Shown: positions 48,055 to 58,346 of the stretch, in pieces
How positions within the stretch are numbered: position 1 is the first letter of the stretch
Layout of the letters: every line of letters begins with the position of its first letter
Assembly (NCBI GenBank): GCA_965216465.1
Contig: CBDCFW010000002.1
Span: 1-64,000 of the forward strand
DNA length: 64,000 bases
Source: Bacteroidia bacterium
Lineage (GTDB): Bacteria > Bacteroidota > Bacteroidia > NS11-12g > UBA9320
Reading direction: 5' to 3'
Translations under genes and position numbers: made by a program
Notes under the pieces: generated by a model
Seen by the model: only the letters and a program-made list of their open reading frames with translations
What the model was told of the DNA's origin: nothing
Databases searched by the model: none

Positions 48055-48283
48055 TAAACTTTCTGTAGATCCAAATTAGAATCACAGCTCCAACTACTCC
48101 TGTAATGATGGAAGCAACGATCGTATCTTGGTTCGAAAAGCCAATGAGGTGAAGTACTTTGTCGCCTAGCCACCCTCCAACTATGCCCAAAACAATGTTG
48201 ATTATTGCTCCGTAGCCGCGTCCTTTCATGATTACCCCAGCCAGGTAACCAGCGATTCCTCCTATAATAATTGATAATAACAT
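48044..48283 (-). CDS. GlsB/YeaQ/YmgE family stress-response membrane protein
   Basis: IIIGGIAGYLAG..M...G.G...NI.LGIVGG..G and GAVIL motifs. Confidence 0.9.
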   Translation of the reverse strand: MLLSIIIGGIAGYLAGVIMKGRGYGAIINIVLGIVGGWLGDKVLHLIGFSNQDTIVASIITGVVGAVILIWIYRKFIKK

Positions 48284-48284
48284 A

Positions 48285-49736
48285 TTAATTTCCGATATCT
48301 GCTAGTGCGAATGATATTCCAATAAATCCACCCCATTGGTAAGCTTTTTTCATTGGAACTGTTGAAGTCATATCTCCTAAATTATCTCCTTCAGTATATC
48401 CCAAATCTAGTTTGTTTACTTGACCTAAGGTTGCTCCGAAGTTAAGCACTAGCTTATTGTCTGATCCAAAAATAGTACTTCCACCCAATAAAAAGTTAAA
48501 GTTCTTAGTATCTGCACTAATTGGCACTCCAACACCAAAGGTTCCACCAATAGTCATGTTTTTGCCGTTATAAGGGTAGAAGTTTAAATAGGCTGCAATG
48601 TTCGGAGTGAAGTTGTTTCCATCAATTCGTGTAATAACACTATCCTTATTGATGAAATCTGAATTATCCTCATAGTAAGGAAATGCTAAACCAAGACTCG
48701 AATTAATCTTCAGATCTCCTTTAACGGTTACATCAATCTCCTTTGTCTTGACCTTGGCAAGATTTGAAAGGTTGTTTATTGATGGAGTGGCAAGTGAGCC
48801 ATCCGAATTCTCAGGATTTTTATAAAAATCAATGGTAATGGTTATTTCATCTCCTTTTGCAACATCGCTCGTATTGAAGTGAAACGGAGTATTCATGATT
48901 GATTGGTACTCAATCTCTAAATAGTCTAGTTTTTCAAGAAGTAGTTCACTGTCGAAGCTTTTGGCAAATTGAACAGCTTGCGTGCCCCAGCTTTGAACCA
49001 TTTTGTTGTAACCTTCACCTTCAAAACCTCCGGAAGCTCCACGTGTTGTAGCGTATTTCTGATAAGCAGCTTCGAAGTTTTGTACGTAGCTATTGAGTTT
49101 CGCAACATCGCTGTTTACTGTGCTATTGATTTGATTTGCAACCATTAGGAAGTCTTGCGTTTCAACCGTAGATTGACCAAATAAGCTCGATACCAATTCG
49201 TGCGTAAATGCCTTGATAGAATCTGTTGGCAGGTATGGATTGTATTTAAGCTTATGAACCTTTTGCATTACAAAATCAATATTGTTTGTCATTTGCTCAG
49301 CTTGGTATAGTGTCATATAAGCATCTTGAACTTTTTCTAAAGCAAGTGTGGCTTTAGGGTCCGAAAACAAGCCCCCTCTAGAAGTTTCAGTTCCGGTTGT
49401 AATACTGTTTAGGAAGGAGGATCCCCCAGTTGGAAGACCTAGAGGGCTAATCATACTTAAGAAGTTCAAATTCGGTGCGTCTTGAATTTCTTTAGTCGAG
49501 TATGAGGCAACTGCAGTATATACAAATGGATTGTAATTTGATACTTGAACTTTAACATTATGGTTGCGAGTTACCATTGCTCTGCTAATTTGTTTCTTTA
49601 CTCCATCTTTACTCACTTCGTAGTAAGTAAAATCGTCGTTCAGAAAATCATAATCAACCAATAAACGTTGAGAAAAAACATCTTGAGTGAATAGTATACA
49701 GAGGGATAAGAATGTGGTTTTAAATACTTTTTTCAT
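48285..49736 (-). CDS. hypothetical exported protein (helical core, C-terminal beta-strands)
   Basis: Signal peptide (VFS-Q); 483 aa; C-terminal amphipathic strands ending WGGFIGISFAL. Confidence 0.7.
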   Translation of the reverse strand: MKKVFKTTFLSLCILFTQDVFSQRLLVDYDFLNDDFTYYEVSKDGVKKQISRAMVTRNHNVKVQVSNYNPFVYTAVASYSTKEIQDAPNLNFLSMISPLGLPTGGSSFLNSITTGTETSRGGLFSDPKATLALEKVQDAYMTLYQAEQMTNNIDFVMQKVHKLKYNPYLPTDSIKAFTHELVSSLFGQSTVETQDFLMVANQINSTVNSDVAKLNSYVQNFEAAYQKYATTRGASGGFEGEGYNKMVQSWGTQAVQFAKSFDSELLLEKLDYLEIEYQSIMNTPFHFNTSDVAKGDEITITIDFYKNPENSDGSLATPSINNLSNLAKVKTKEIDVTVKGDLKINSSLGLAFPYYEDNSDFINKDSVITRIDGNNFTPNIAAYLNFYPYNGKNMTIGGTFGVGVPISADTKNFNFLLGGSTIFGSDNKLVLNFGATLGQVNKLDLGYTEGDNLGDMTSTVPMKKAYQWGGFIGISFALADIGN

Positions 49737-49832
49737 GATTTTGGCTTTATTGGTTAGTTCACCTTTCGAACTGATTGTAAATGCAAATCGTTCTTCAAAT
49801 ATGGTTTTTTACATTAGGATTACAAAGGCTAG

Positions 49833-50759
49833 TTATTTGTTAATCAAATCTTTAATGGGAGCAGCATCAACATCGTCAAGCACACTGATATTGTCGTAAA
49901 TGATTTTGTTGAGCTTGTGGTTTTTACTGCTCTCTGTAATTTTTGCGATGATGTCAAAGTCTCCTTGGCCATAGCATTTTTTCCATTGTCCGCGTTTGCT
50001 CATACAGAAAGTAGCTGATCTAGGAGGGAGATAAGAATATCCCGAGACTGGGATGTTTTTAAATGTAGTTACTGTGTCTCCAACCACTATGTTTCTTATG
50101 GGTAAATAAAACTTCCCAAATGACAACTGAGAATGGATTACACCTTGATCATCTATCCAGTTGGCCAGAATATCCATTTCTAAATCTAAGTTAATCATTT
50201 GCTGCTCTTTCATAAAAACGGTCCAAGGAGTGAACCATTTTTTGTCATTCATCTTCACTTTGGCAAATTGTACTGATATGCTATCACATTTGAGATAAAA
50301 CTTAGATTGGGTATAGATATCAATCAGTTTTGATTCATCTAAACTAAAACTAGCAGTTAGTGCAACGTCTCGTCCATCTTCTAACATTATAGACCGGGTT
50401 ATGGTAAATCCTTTGAATTTGATGTTTTCTGGATCGAGCATTCCCTGCTTCGAGTTTTGAGCGTAAAAAGTATTGTTGAACAAACTGGCTACATACTCTT
50501 GATGATACTTCTCGGCACTCTTTTGTATGGCACTTTTAACTCCATCGAAGGCAAAATCGATTCCTTTAATTAAAAGCTCTGCCGATACCAAAGCTCTGCT
50601 CGAATCATTGGTCAATCCCATGGCTACTTTTTTATAAGTTAGCGGGGTGTCATAGGCTAAAGTCTCGATTGAGAGTTGTTCACCTTCAGACTTGTTGCTC
50701 ACCTTGGTCGAAACGCAAGCCGTGAGAAATACACTAAGAATAATGAAATATTTTTTCAT
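49833..50759 (-). CDS. hypothetical lipoprotein
   Basis: Lipobox LTAC; 308 aa. Confidence 0.75.
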   Translation of the reverse strand: MKKYFIILSVFLTACVSTKVSNKSEGEQLSIETLAYDTPLTYKKVAMGLTNDSSRALVSAELLIKGIDFAFDGVKSAIQKSAEKYHQEYVASLFNNTFYAQNSKQGMLDPENIKFKGFTITRSIMLEDGRDVALTASFSLDESKLIDIYTQSKFYLKCDSISVQFAKVKMNDKKWFTPWTVFMKEQQMINLDLEMDILANWIDDQGVIHSQLSFGKFYLPIRNIVVGDTVTTFKNIPVSGYSYLPPRSATFCMSKRGQWKKCYGQGDFDIIAKITESSKNHKLNKIIYDNISVLDDVDAAPIKDLINK

Positions 50760-50841
50760 ATTGATTTATACAAAGAAAAGGCAAATGGTAAATTTTTGCT
50801 CACAAAATATCGCATTATCTTTGTATGGTATACCATTTATA

Positions 50842-51786
50842 ATGCTGAACATATCACTAATTCAAATTCAATACCTAATCGCTTTAGACGAACACCGAAA
50901 CTTCATAAAAGCAGCAGAAGCAAGCTTTGTAACACAGCCTACGCTAAGTATGCAAATGAAGAAGTTAGAAGATGAGCTTGGGGTGCTGATTTTTGACAGA
51001 AGCAAACAGCCTATAGAACCCACCTTGATCGGTGAGCAAATCATAAAACAGGCGAGAGTAATTTATAATGAAACTTCAAGAATTGAAGGGATTTTGAAAG
51101 AATTCACGGGTGAAGTTTCAGGAGTATTAAAAATTGGAGTTATTCCCACCATTGCTAATTCGCTTATACCTCGATTAATTGGAGAAGTTGCCCGAAAATA
51201 TCCAGATTTAAAATTGACTATTAAAGAATCTCTAACTCATGAAATAGTTGAAGATCTGGAAAACAATCGTCTTGATGTTGGTGTAATTTCGGTTCCCTTG
51301 GGGAACGAAAAACTAGTAGAACGCTTTTTGTATGTTGAGAAGTTTCGCATCTACGCCAATCCCAACCACCCAAGTTTTGGAACCCGTTCTTGGCATGTAG
51401 AAGATCTTTTGGCCGACAAATTGTGGTTGCTGTCTGAAGGAAACTGTTTTAGAACCCAAACAATTAATTTATGTGCCTTGCCAGATGAAGAATTGAACCA
51501 CATGGCCTTGAGCTATGAGAGTGGAAGTCTACAAACGTTGAAGAAAGTTGTTGACCTAGAGGGAGGTGCTACCATTATTCCAGAGTGGGAAGCAGGAGAG
51601 TTGGATGACGAATCACTTAATAACCTTCGTGCCTTCAAAGACGATAAAGCGGGAAGGGCAGTAGGCTTGGTTTATACTAAATTCTATGCGAAAGAGGGAG
51701 TAATAAATAAACTTGAACAGATGATACAGGAATCGTTGCCCAAATATGTATCGGGGAACAAAGACTTAGATATTATAGAATTTTAA
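50842..51786 (+). CDS. oxyR: hydrogen peroxide-sensing LysR regulator OxyR
   Basis: LysR HTH F.KAAE..FVTQPTLSMQ.KKLE; redox Cys pair LLSEGNCFRTQTINLC; ESGSL.TL. ATG 50842 follows TATCTTTG (50816-50823). Confidence 0.85.
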   Translation: MLNISLIQIQYLIALDEHRNFIKAAEASFVTQPTLSMQMKKLEDELGVLIFDRSKQPIEPTLIGEQIIKQARVIYNETSRIEGILKEFTGEVSGVLKIGVIPTIANSLIPRLIGEVARKYPDLKLTIKESLTHEIVEDLENNRLDVGVISVPLGNEKLVERFLYVEKFRIYANPNHPSFGTRSWHVEDLLADKLWLLSEGNCFRTQTINLCALPDEELNHMALSYESGSLQTLKKVVDLEGGATIIPEWEAGELDDESLNNLRAFKDDKAGRAVGLVYTKFYAKEGVINKLEQMIQESLPKYVSGNKDLDIIEF

Positions 51787-51790
51787 CATA

Positions 51791-51821
51791 AAAAAAGCCT
51801 CAACATCGTTGAGGCTTTTTT
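51791..51821. terminator. bidirectional intrinsic terminator between oxyR and sucB
   Basis: Perfect inverted repeat AAAAAAGCCTCAAC-ATC-GTTGAGGCTTTTTT. Confidence 0.9.
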
Positions 51822-51822
51822 C

Positions 51823-53058
51823 TTACATGCCCATAAGAACATCTAAAGGATCTTTTCCGAACAGCATGGTTTCTGGATTTTCGAGGTAATTCTTAACCGT
51901 TACCAAGAACCCTACTGACTCTTTACCGTCAATAATTCGGTGGTCATAACTTAGTGCTACAAACATTACAGGACGAGCAACAATTTCACCTTTTTCAACT
52001 ACAGGTCGCTCAACAATGTTGTGCATTCCTAAAATTGCACTTTGAGGTGGGTTGATGATTGGGGTACTTAACATACTTCCAAATACTCCACCATTTGTAA
52101 TGGTAAATGTACCTCCTGTCATTTCAGGTATGGTGAGCTTTCCATCTCTAGCTTTGAGAGCTAGTCGTTTAACTTCGGCTTCAATTTCCCACATGGTCAT
52201 GGCTTCTACGTTACGCATTACAGGAACCATCAATCCTTTTGGACTACTTACCGCAATTGATACATCAACAAAGTCGTTGATAACCATTTCTTCACCGTCG
52301 AGGTAAGCATTCACCTTAGGGTATTTCTGCAATGCAAGTGCACATGCTCGTGTAAAGAAGCTCATGAATCCTAGGTTTACACCATGAATCTCTCGGAATT
52401 TCTCTTTGTATTTAGCTCGCGTGTCAAAAATAGGCTGCATGTTAACCTCATTAAATGTGGTTAACATGGCTGTTTCATTCTTAGCAGCTACTAATCTTCT
52501 TGCAACTGTTTTTCTTAAGTTGCTTAGTTTTTCTCTGTGTTGTTCTCTAGAAGGCTCAGAAGGCGATGAGTAATCCATTGCTCCAGCTTCAGCAAGTAGG
52601 GCATCGTATTTGGTAATTCTTCCATCTTTCCCGGTTCCAACCACGTTGGTTGCGGCAATTCCTTTTTCTGCTAATATTTTTGATGCAGCAGGACTTGGTG
52701 TTCCCGTTGCATAATTTTGATTTGCTGGTTTTGCTTTAGCTTCAGATTTAGGAGCTTCTTTTATTTCGGCTGCGGGTGCTGGAGTTTCTTCAGCTTGAGG
52801 TGCTGCTCCTTCTGGAGCTTTAGCTTCCGTATCAATTGTGGCCACAACAGCTCCAATTTCAACATCTTCGCCTTCCTCAACCAAAATTTTTAAGGCTCCT
52901 GATTGTTCTGCGTTAAGCTCTACCGTTGCTTTGTCACTTTCCAGTTCTGCAACTGCTTCGTCCATTTCCACGTAGTCTCCATCTTCTTTCAACCACGTTG
53001 CAATTGTTACTTGTGTAACAGATTCTCCTACAGAAGGAATTTTTAATTCTATTGCCAT
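51823..53058 (-). CDS. sucB: 2-oxoglutarate dehydrogenase E2 (dihydrolipoyllysine succinyltransferase)
   Basis: Lipoyl motif ESDKAT, E3-binding [48 protein letters not shown] box on the minus strand at 53076-53083. Confidence 0.96.
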   Translation of the reverse strand: MAIELKIPSVGESVTQVTIATWLKEDGDYVEMDEAVAELESDKATVELNAEQSGALKILVEEGEDVEIGAVVATIDTEAKAPEGAAPQAEETPAPAAEIKEAPKSEAKAKPANQNYATGTPSPAASKILAEKGIAATNVVGTGKDGRITKYDALLAEAGAMDYSSPSEPSREQHREKLSNLRKTVARRLVAAKNETAMLTTFNEVNMQPIFDTRAKYKEKFREIHGVNLGFMSFFTRACALALQKYPKVNAYLDGEEMVINDFVDVSIAVSSPKGLMVPVMRNVEAMTMWEIEAEVKRLALKARDGKLTIPEMTGGTFTITNGGVFGSMLSTPIINPPQSAILGMHNIVERPVVEKGEIVARPVMFVALSYDHRIIDGKESVGFLVTVKNYLENPETMLFGKDPLDVLMGM

Positions 53059-53141
53059 CTTCTTTTAGAACGCGTCAAAGTTAAAATAGATTTTTAACTT
53101 CCTTTGTTTTAAAAATAAAGAATTCAAATTTGTAAGACGAA

Positions 53142-54785
53142 ATGAATGTAAATCGCTGTTTAAATGCTTTTGTGCAAGAGTTAAATGCTTCTTATGCAGT
53201 TATTTCTCCTGGAAGCAGAAATGCACCTCTTATATATGCACTTGATCAGATGAACATTCGCAATTTTTCTGTTGTTGATGAGCGAAGTGCAGCATTTATT
53301 GCACTTGGTATTGCAAAGCATACGCGAAAACCTGTTATTTTGAGTTGCACCAGTGGCACAGCTGCATTGAATTACTACCCTGCCATAGCTGAAGCATTTT
53401 ATGCTCGAGTTCCTCTTATAATTTTAACAGCCGATCGACCACCTGAGCAAATTGATGCATGGGATGGCCAAGCTATTCGGCAAAGAAATGTTTTTGCCAA
53501 ACATGTTAGAGCCTCATTTGATACCCCCGACGATTACAATGAATCAAATCGATTTAAGGCCATCGCAGAAAAGGTAAACAGATATTGGAATGATAATATT
53601 CCTGGCCCGATACACATCAACATTCCGATTCGAGAACCTTTCTATGAGTTTGAATCTTTAGAGGCTCGTGAATCTTCTCATGTGAATGAAGAAGACCCTA
53701 TTGTTTCAGTTACTATTCCCTCCATTGCAGCACATTTGAATCAAAGCTTTAGCGATAAGAAAGTTTTGATTTTTAATGGAATGGATGATGGGGAGAGTGT
53801 GGTAGTTGCAAATGGTAACGACGGAGTAATGCTGTCAGACTTAACATCGAATCAAACCAGTGATGTATTCTATTGGGATGCTATGCTGTTTTCAGCTCAG
53901 TCGAAGCCTGATGGGTTAGATAAATTAAGGTCACTAGCTCCCGATGTCTTAATAACAACTGGAACAACGACCATATCAAAAGGACTAAAACGCTTTTTAA
54001 ACTTATGTAAGCCACAACGGCACTATCATCTTTCAAGTTACAATGAAGTAGGGAATATGTTTGGGACAAATCCCACAATAATTGACCCTAAAAAAATCTC
54101 TGCTGTTCCTGAAATTGATGGCGATGTTGACGGTTTGCGCGATGGTCCATTTGTTAAGCATTGGTTAGAAACTTGCCGAGAATTTGAAGATCGCTTTAGT
54201 CGATTAGAATGGACTAGCTACAACGAGTTTTCAGTTGTGAACTACGTGGTCAATAATGTGGCCAAAGATGCAATTATTCACTTGTCGAATTCAATGCCGG
54301 TGCGTTATGCCTCGTTTCTGATGAACAGTGGTGTAGCCAACAATCTGGTTTACAGCAATAGAGGAACTTCTGGCATAGACGGTTGTACCTCAACAGCAAT
54401 TGGAAATGCTTTGGTAGCAGATAAACAAGTATACCTACTTACGGGTGATCTTGCATTTTTCTACGACATCAATGCATTTTTTAACAAGCATGTGCCGGCT
54501 AATTTTAAGGTTGTAATTTTAAATAATTCTGGTGGCAGAATATTTGAGATGATTAGTGGACCCGAAAAAATGGGAGAAGCAATTCAACTTCAAACTACAC
54601 CACATCATTTTACAGCTGAGCAACTTTCAGAGCATTTTAAGTTTAAATATATTCCAGTGAAGAACATTTCTGATCTCGCAGATGGAATGGAAGAGCTAAT
54701 TTATTCTGATGTTTGCACAGTAATGGAGATCTTTACAGATACCGATGAAAATGCTGATTTTTTCGAGAAATTTAAAGCACTTTAA
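53142..54785 (+). CDS. menD: SEPHCHC synthase MenD
   Basis: SPGSRNAPL, DERSAAFIALG, CTSGTA..NYYPA, TADRP, SNSMPVR, SNRGTSGIDG, GDLAFFYD.N, NNSGGRIF. Confidence 0.95.
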   Translation: MNVNRCLNAFVQELNASYAVISPGSRNAPLIYALDQMNIRNFSVVDERSAAFIALGIAKHTRKPVILSCTSGTAALNYYPAIAEAFYARVPLIILTADRPPEQIDAWDGQAIRQRNVFAKHVRASFDTPDDYNESNRFKAIAEKVNRYWNDNIPGPIHINIPIREPFYEFESLEARESSHVNEEDPIVSVTIPSIAAHLNQSFSDKKVLIFNGMDDGESVVVANGNDGVMLSDLTSNQTSDVFYWDAMLFSAQSKPDGLDKLRSLAPDVLITTGTTTISKGLKRFLNLCKPQRHYHLSSYNEVGNMFGTNPTIIDPKKISAVPEIDGDVDGLRDGPFVKHWLETCREFEDRFSRLEWTSYNEFSVVNYVVNNVAKDAIIHLSNSMPVRYASFLMNSGVANNLVYSNRGTSGIDGCTSTAIGNALVADKQVYLLTGDLAFFYDINAFFNKHVPANFKVVILNNSGGRIFEMISGPEKMGEAIQLQTTPHHFTAEQLSEHFKFKYIPVKNISDLADGMEELIYSDVCTVMEIFTDTDENADFFEKFKAL

Positions 54786-54932
54786 TCCAGTTTTCATGCT
54801 GTAAGCAGGCTACCAGAATACCAAATTTGAGGAGTCACCCGTTAATTGAAATGGGTATTTAAAAAAAGTTAAGTATCTTTCCAAAGGTTTTCCAAAACCC
54901 CCTTTCGAATTGCTAATCAATCAAATTTAGAA

Positions 54933-57900
54933 ATGATACGGTTATTATTCATTTTAGTTGTATTCTCGGTAAACCTTAGCCTAGCACAATCTCTATATCC
55001 CGAAATTCAGACAGGTCACATGGATCAAATCACGTCGATGCAATTTACCGATGATGATAAACGCTTACTGACCGGGTCTATGGATGAAATGCTAGTACAA
55101 TGGAGTATCAATACTCAAGTTCACGATGCGAAGGTCTTAAACTTACTCAAAGGGGTGAGCTGCTTTAAGTTCAATGAAGAGGCAAAACTATTAGCAGTAG
55201 CAACCTATAACAAGCAAGTTGTTATTTACGACTTTAAGGATTCAACAGTATTTGGTCCAAAATGGACTTACGATTTTACTCACCATGTAAAGTTTATTGA
55301 TGTCAATAATGCAGGAAGCCATATCGCAGCCTCTTCGGGATACAATATTTGTGTTATGGATACGGCGGGTGAAATGTCGACTGTATTTGGAGGCGACGAT
55401 ATAATGGGACTTCGGTTTTTGTCGGATAACAAAACATTAGTTTTTGGCAATTACGACGGAGATATATTTAAATATAATACTCAGCTTCCATCATCGGTCG
55501 GAATGAATAAACTGTTCAATGTTGGGAATATCATTAGTGAAATAGCGTTGGACGATTCTGAACGATACTTGGCCTATGGCACAAGCGGAGGTCCTAAGCT
55601 TGGAGGAGAAATTGGTGTTTTTGATTTGAAAAAGAACAAGCTGGTTAGCAAGCAAAAGAATTTCATTGTTTATCTAGGTGCACAATTTGGTTCAATTCAC
55701 TTCATTGACAAGAAGAGTCTTATTTATGTTAACAAGGATGGAGGTATAAATAGGTGGAACTTCAAGAGAGATCGAGACGTAAACATCGTCAGCAAGGCAG
55801 TTAATTTATCGATAGATGTTTCTAACAACAAAGAGTGGCTAGCTTACGCTATTGATGCCGATTGCTATGTAACCAAACTGGGTTCTACTAGTCAACCACT
55901 TAAATTTACTGGATATGCGGAGAATCCAATTCGGTTTGTTGGTTTGCACGGTCATACGATGATGGTTGAATATCCCTCTGGCATTAAAAAATGGGATCTC
56001 AAAGAACTTCGAACCGAAATGGTCTTGGAAAAGTTTTATGATGGAGATTGGAGTTACACTGCTTTCAGTCATGATTTAGAACTAAAAGCCAATAATGATT
56101 TCATTAGAAATGTCAAAACAGGAGAGTTTGTTGAATACTATATGGGAACTTCCGCAAATTCTCGGTTTGGAGGATTTTCAGGAGATAAACGTTTTTACAG
56201 TTTTTTAGACCAAAGTGGGCAGTTGACGATTTGCTGCTTGGACACGGCCAAATTGCCCTTTTGGACAGAAAAACACCTCAGACATTGGAATTATAACAAG
56301 CAATATGCTCTGATTAATATCGATGATTTAATCATTAACCCTTATAAAAATGAAATGGTGTTGCTAACCAAAGGATTTGATTACATCAACTTAGAAACTG
56401 GTGAATACAAGCAGATGACAAACAAGGTTAGAGGAGATAATCCTTCACTCCCAGCTTTGTTCGACCCAGTTCAAAACAAGCTATTAGTGGCAACAAGCAG
56501 AACGGTTTATGACAGTATTGCATACGAAGGTCGAGAGGGTTACGCATCTGAATGGACCAGCTTAAAAAGAAGCATGGGTGGAAGCTCTGGTGATCGCTAC
56601 TTGAACAAAAAGAGCGGAACGATAAGCATTTACAATTTGGATGATATGACCGCACCATACTATTTGGTAAAGGATAGCTATATTGATAAGATGGCGGAGG
56701 TGACCGCAATGACCTATGATCCAAACTACAACATAATATATGTAGCATACGGCGATGGAACAGTAAAGTTGCTTAAAACCACAGATTCGGGATATTATTC
56801 GTATAACTGGACCCGGTTTACTTCGGCAGTTCATGATATGGTGGTTTCAGACGATGGTCTTCAATTGTACATCATAAACAAGTATGGAGCGGTTGGAGTG
56901 GTTGACGTCTTAACTTTAGACTACCTGGTTTCCCTGGTTGCGACCAGTGATAATGAGTTTATAGCCATAGATCAAAAAGGTTTTTATAAGCGCTCAAAGA
57001 ATGCTCAAAACGCAGTGGCGTTTGTGCAAGGAGAATACATTCTTAAGTTAAATCAAGTTGATGATAGGTTGAACAAGCCACATGTAATTTACAAAGACAT
57101 GGATTTGTTGGAGTTTGATAGGCTTAAACTAATTCAAAAACTTGCCGGAGGTGAGGATGTAGAAGAAGTAAAACAAATTGTTGGCCCAGAACTAAAAATT
57201 CTAAAAAGTGAAAAACTAGATATTACAACATCGAAAAGCTTTATCAAGATATCGACAGAAGCCGTTTCAACAATTTCAAATTTGAGTCATATGCAAATAT
57301 GGGTTAATGGTATTCCTCAGTACAAGAAAGGAAGTGAACCCAAAGCAAAATCAAAGGTTAAGTGGACAAATAAGTGGAAAGTCGGATTGAGAAGAGGAAG
57401 GAATTCTATTCGGTTTGTTTGTTATGACGAAGATGGTACTGGCTCATTGGAAAAATTTGTAGTGATAGAATGTCAGAAAGAATACGAAAAACCAAACTTG
57501 TATGTTGCATTGGTTTCTGTTTCAAAGTATCAGAACTCAACCATGAATCTGCAATATGCTGTGAAAGATGGTCGAGACTTTGCCAAAGTTTACATAGACA
57601 GCATTGGAAGGAAGCAAATTGGATTTCCTAGCAGGTTTGGTAAGGTCGTGTTAGATACTTTTTTTAATGAGAATGCCACCCGTGATAAAGTAGTACAATG
57701 GAAGTCAAAGCTGAAAAAAACCAAACCAGAAGACTATGTCTTGTTATACGTTTCTGGACATGGGTTGCTTGATACAGGCTTTAATTTTTGGTTTGGACTG
57801 CACGACATTAATTTCGATGATCCTGCACAAGGAGGAATATCTTTTAATGAACTCGAAGATTTATTGGTTGGAATTCCAGCACAGCAGAAATTGTTCTTGA

Positions 57901-58346
57901 TGGATGCCTGTCATAGCGGTGAAATTTTGGATGAAGAAATCAGAGTTGATAGCACTTTTATTTTACCCGATGGGTCGAGAGGTCAACTTACTGGATATTC
58001 TTATAAAGGAGGAGGAATTGCTGATTTTGACGAAGAGACTATAAATAAAACAGAGCTCAAACAAGAATTATTTAGTAACTACAATAGCAGATCTGGAGCA
58101 ACTGTGATCTCAGCTGCAGCAGGAAATAGTTTTGCACTAGAAAGTCCTGAATGGAGCAATGGAGTCTTTACCTATACAATAATTGGAGGGTTGGTATATA
58201 GATGGGCTGATGCCAATGATGATGGAGAAGTGAGTGTTGTTGAATTAAGTAGATATGTAACTAAAATGGTTAAGGAGCAAACTGGAGGCATGCAGGTACC
58301 AAACGATAGGCAAGAAAACATTGAAAATAACTTTAGAGTATGGTAA
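54933..58346 (+). CDS. secreted WD40-repeat protein with C-terminal caspase-like (peptidase C14) domain
   Basis: Signal peptide; WD40-type repeats (GH..QI.S..F..D...LLTGS.D); Ig-like linker (L..G.N.I); catalytic SGHG and DACHSG; ALES.EW.NGVFT; ADANDDGEVS. Confidence 0.88.
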   Translation: MIRLLFILVVFSVNLSLAQSLYPEIQTGHMDQITSMQFTDDDKRLLTGSMDEMLVQWSINTQVHDAKVLNLLKGVSCFKFNEEAKLLAVATYNKQVVIYDFKDSTVFGPKWTYDFTHHVKFIDVNNAGSHIAASSGYNICVMDTAGEMSTVFGGDDIMGLRFLSDNKTLVFGNYDGDIFKYNTQLPSSVGMNKLFNVGNIISEIALDDSERYLAYGTSGGPKLGGEIGVFDLKKNKLVSKQKNFIVYLGAQFGSIHFIDKKSLIYVNKDGGINRWNFKRDRDVNIVSKAVNLSIDVSNNKEWLAYAIDADCYVTKLGSTSQPLKFTGYAENPIRFVGLHGHTMMVEYPSGIKKWDLKELRTEMVLEKFYDGDWSYTAFSHDLELKANNDFIRNVKTGEFVEYYMGTSANSRFGGFSGDKRFYSFLDQSGQLTICCLDTAKLPFWTEKHLRHWNYNKQYALINIDDLIINPYKNEMVLLTKGFDYINLETGEYKQMTNKVRGDNPSLPALFDPVQNKLLVATSRTVYDSIAYEGREGYASEWTSLKRSMGGSSGDRYLNKKSGTISIYNLDDMTAPYYLVKDSYIDKMAEVTAMTYDPNYNIIYVAYGDGTVKLLKTTDSGYYSYNWTRFTSAVHDMVVSDDGLQLYIINKYGAVGVVDVLTLDYLVSLVATSDNEFIAIDQKGFYKRSKNAQNAVAFVQGEYILKLNQVDDRLNKPHVIYKDMDLLEFDRLKLIQKLAGGEDVEEVKQIVGPELKILKSEKLDITTSKSFIKISTEAVSTISNLSHMQIWVNGIPQYKKGSEPKAKSKVKWTNKWKVGLRRGRNSIRFVCYDEDGTGSLEKFVVIECQKEYEKPNLYVALVSVSKYQNSTMNLQYAVKDGRDFAKVYIDSIGRKQIGFPSRFGKVVLDTFFNENATRDKVVQWKSKLKKTKPEDYVLLYVSGHGLLDTGFNFWFGLHDINFDDPAQGGISFNELEDLLVGIPAQQKLFLMDACHSGEILDEEIRVDSTFILPDGSRGQLTGYSYKGGGIADFDEETINKTELKQELFSNYNSRSGATVISAAAGNSFALESPEWSNGVFTYTIIGGLVYRWADANDDGEVSVVELSRYVTKMVKEQTGGMQVPNDRQENIENNFRVW

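Noticed and set aside
50692-50841. 50-aa N-terminal extension of OxyR
   Set aside because: It overlaps the divergent lipoprotein gene and the promoter. The LysR HTH begins at ATG 50842.
51823-54785. sucB without sucA, and menD without other men genes
   Set aside because: Dispersed pathway genes are ordinary in Bacteroidota; the partners are probably elsewhere in the genome.
54786-54932. Possible riboswitch or ncRNA in the menD-caspase gap (also checked 10399-10533, 24065-24188, 40246-40354, 46869-47055, 59875-59992)
   Set aside because: Only weak short hairpins, with no recognisable TPP, cobalamin, SAM or glycine aptamer consensus. An Infernal/Rfam scan would be needed to exclude them formally.
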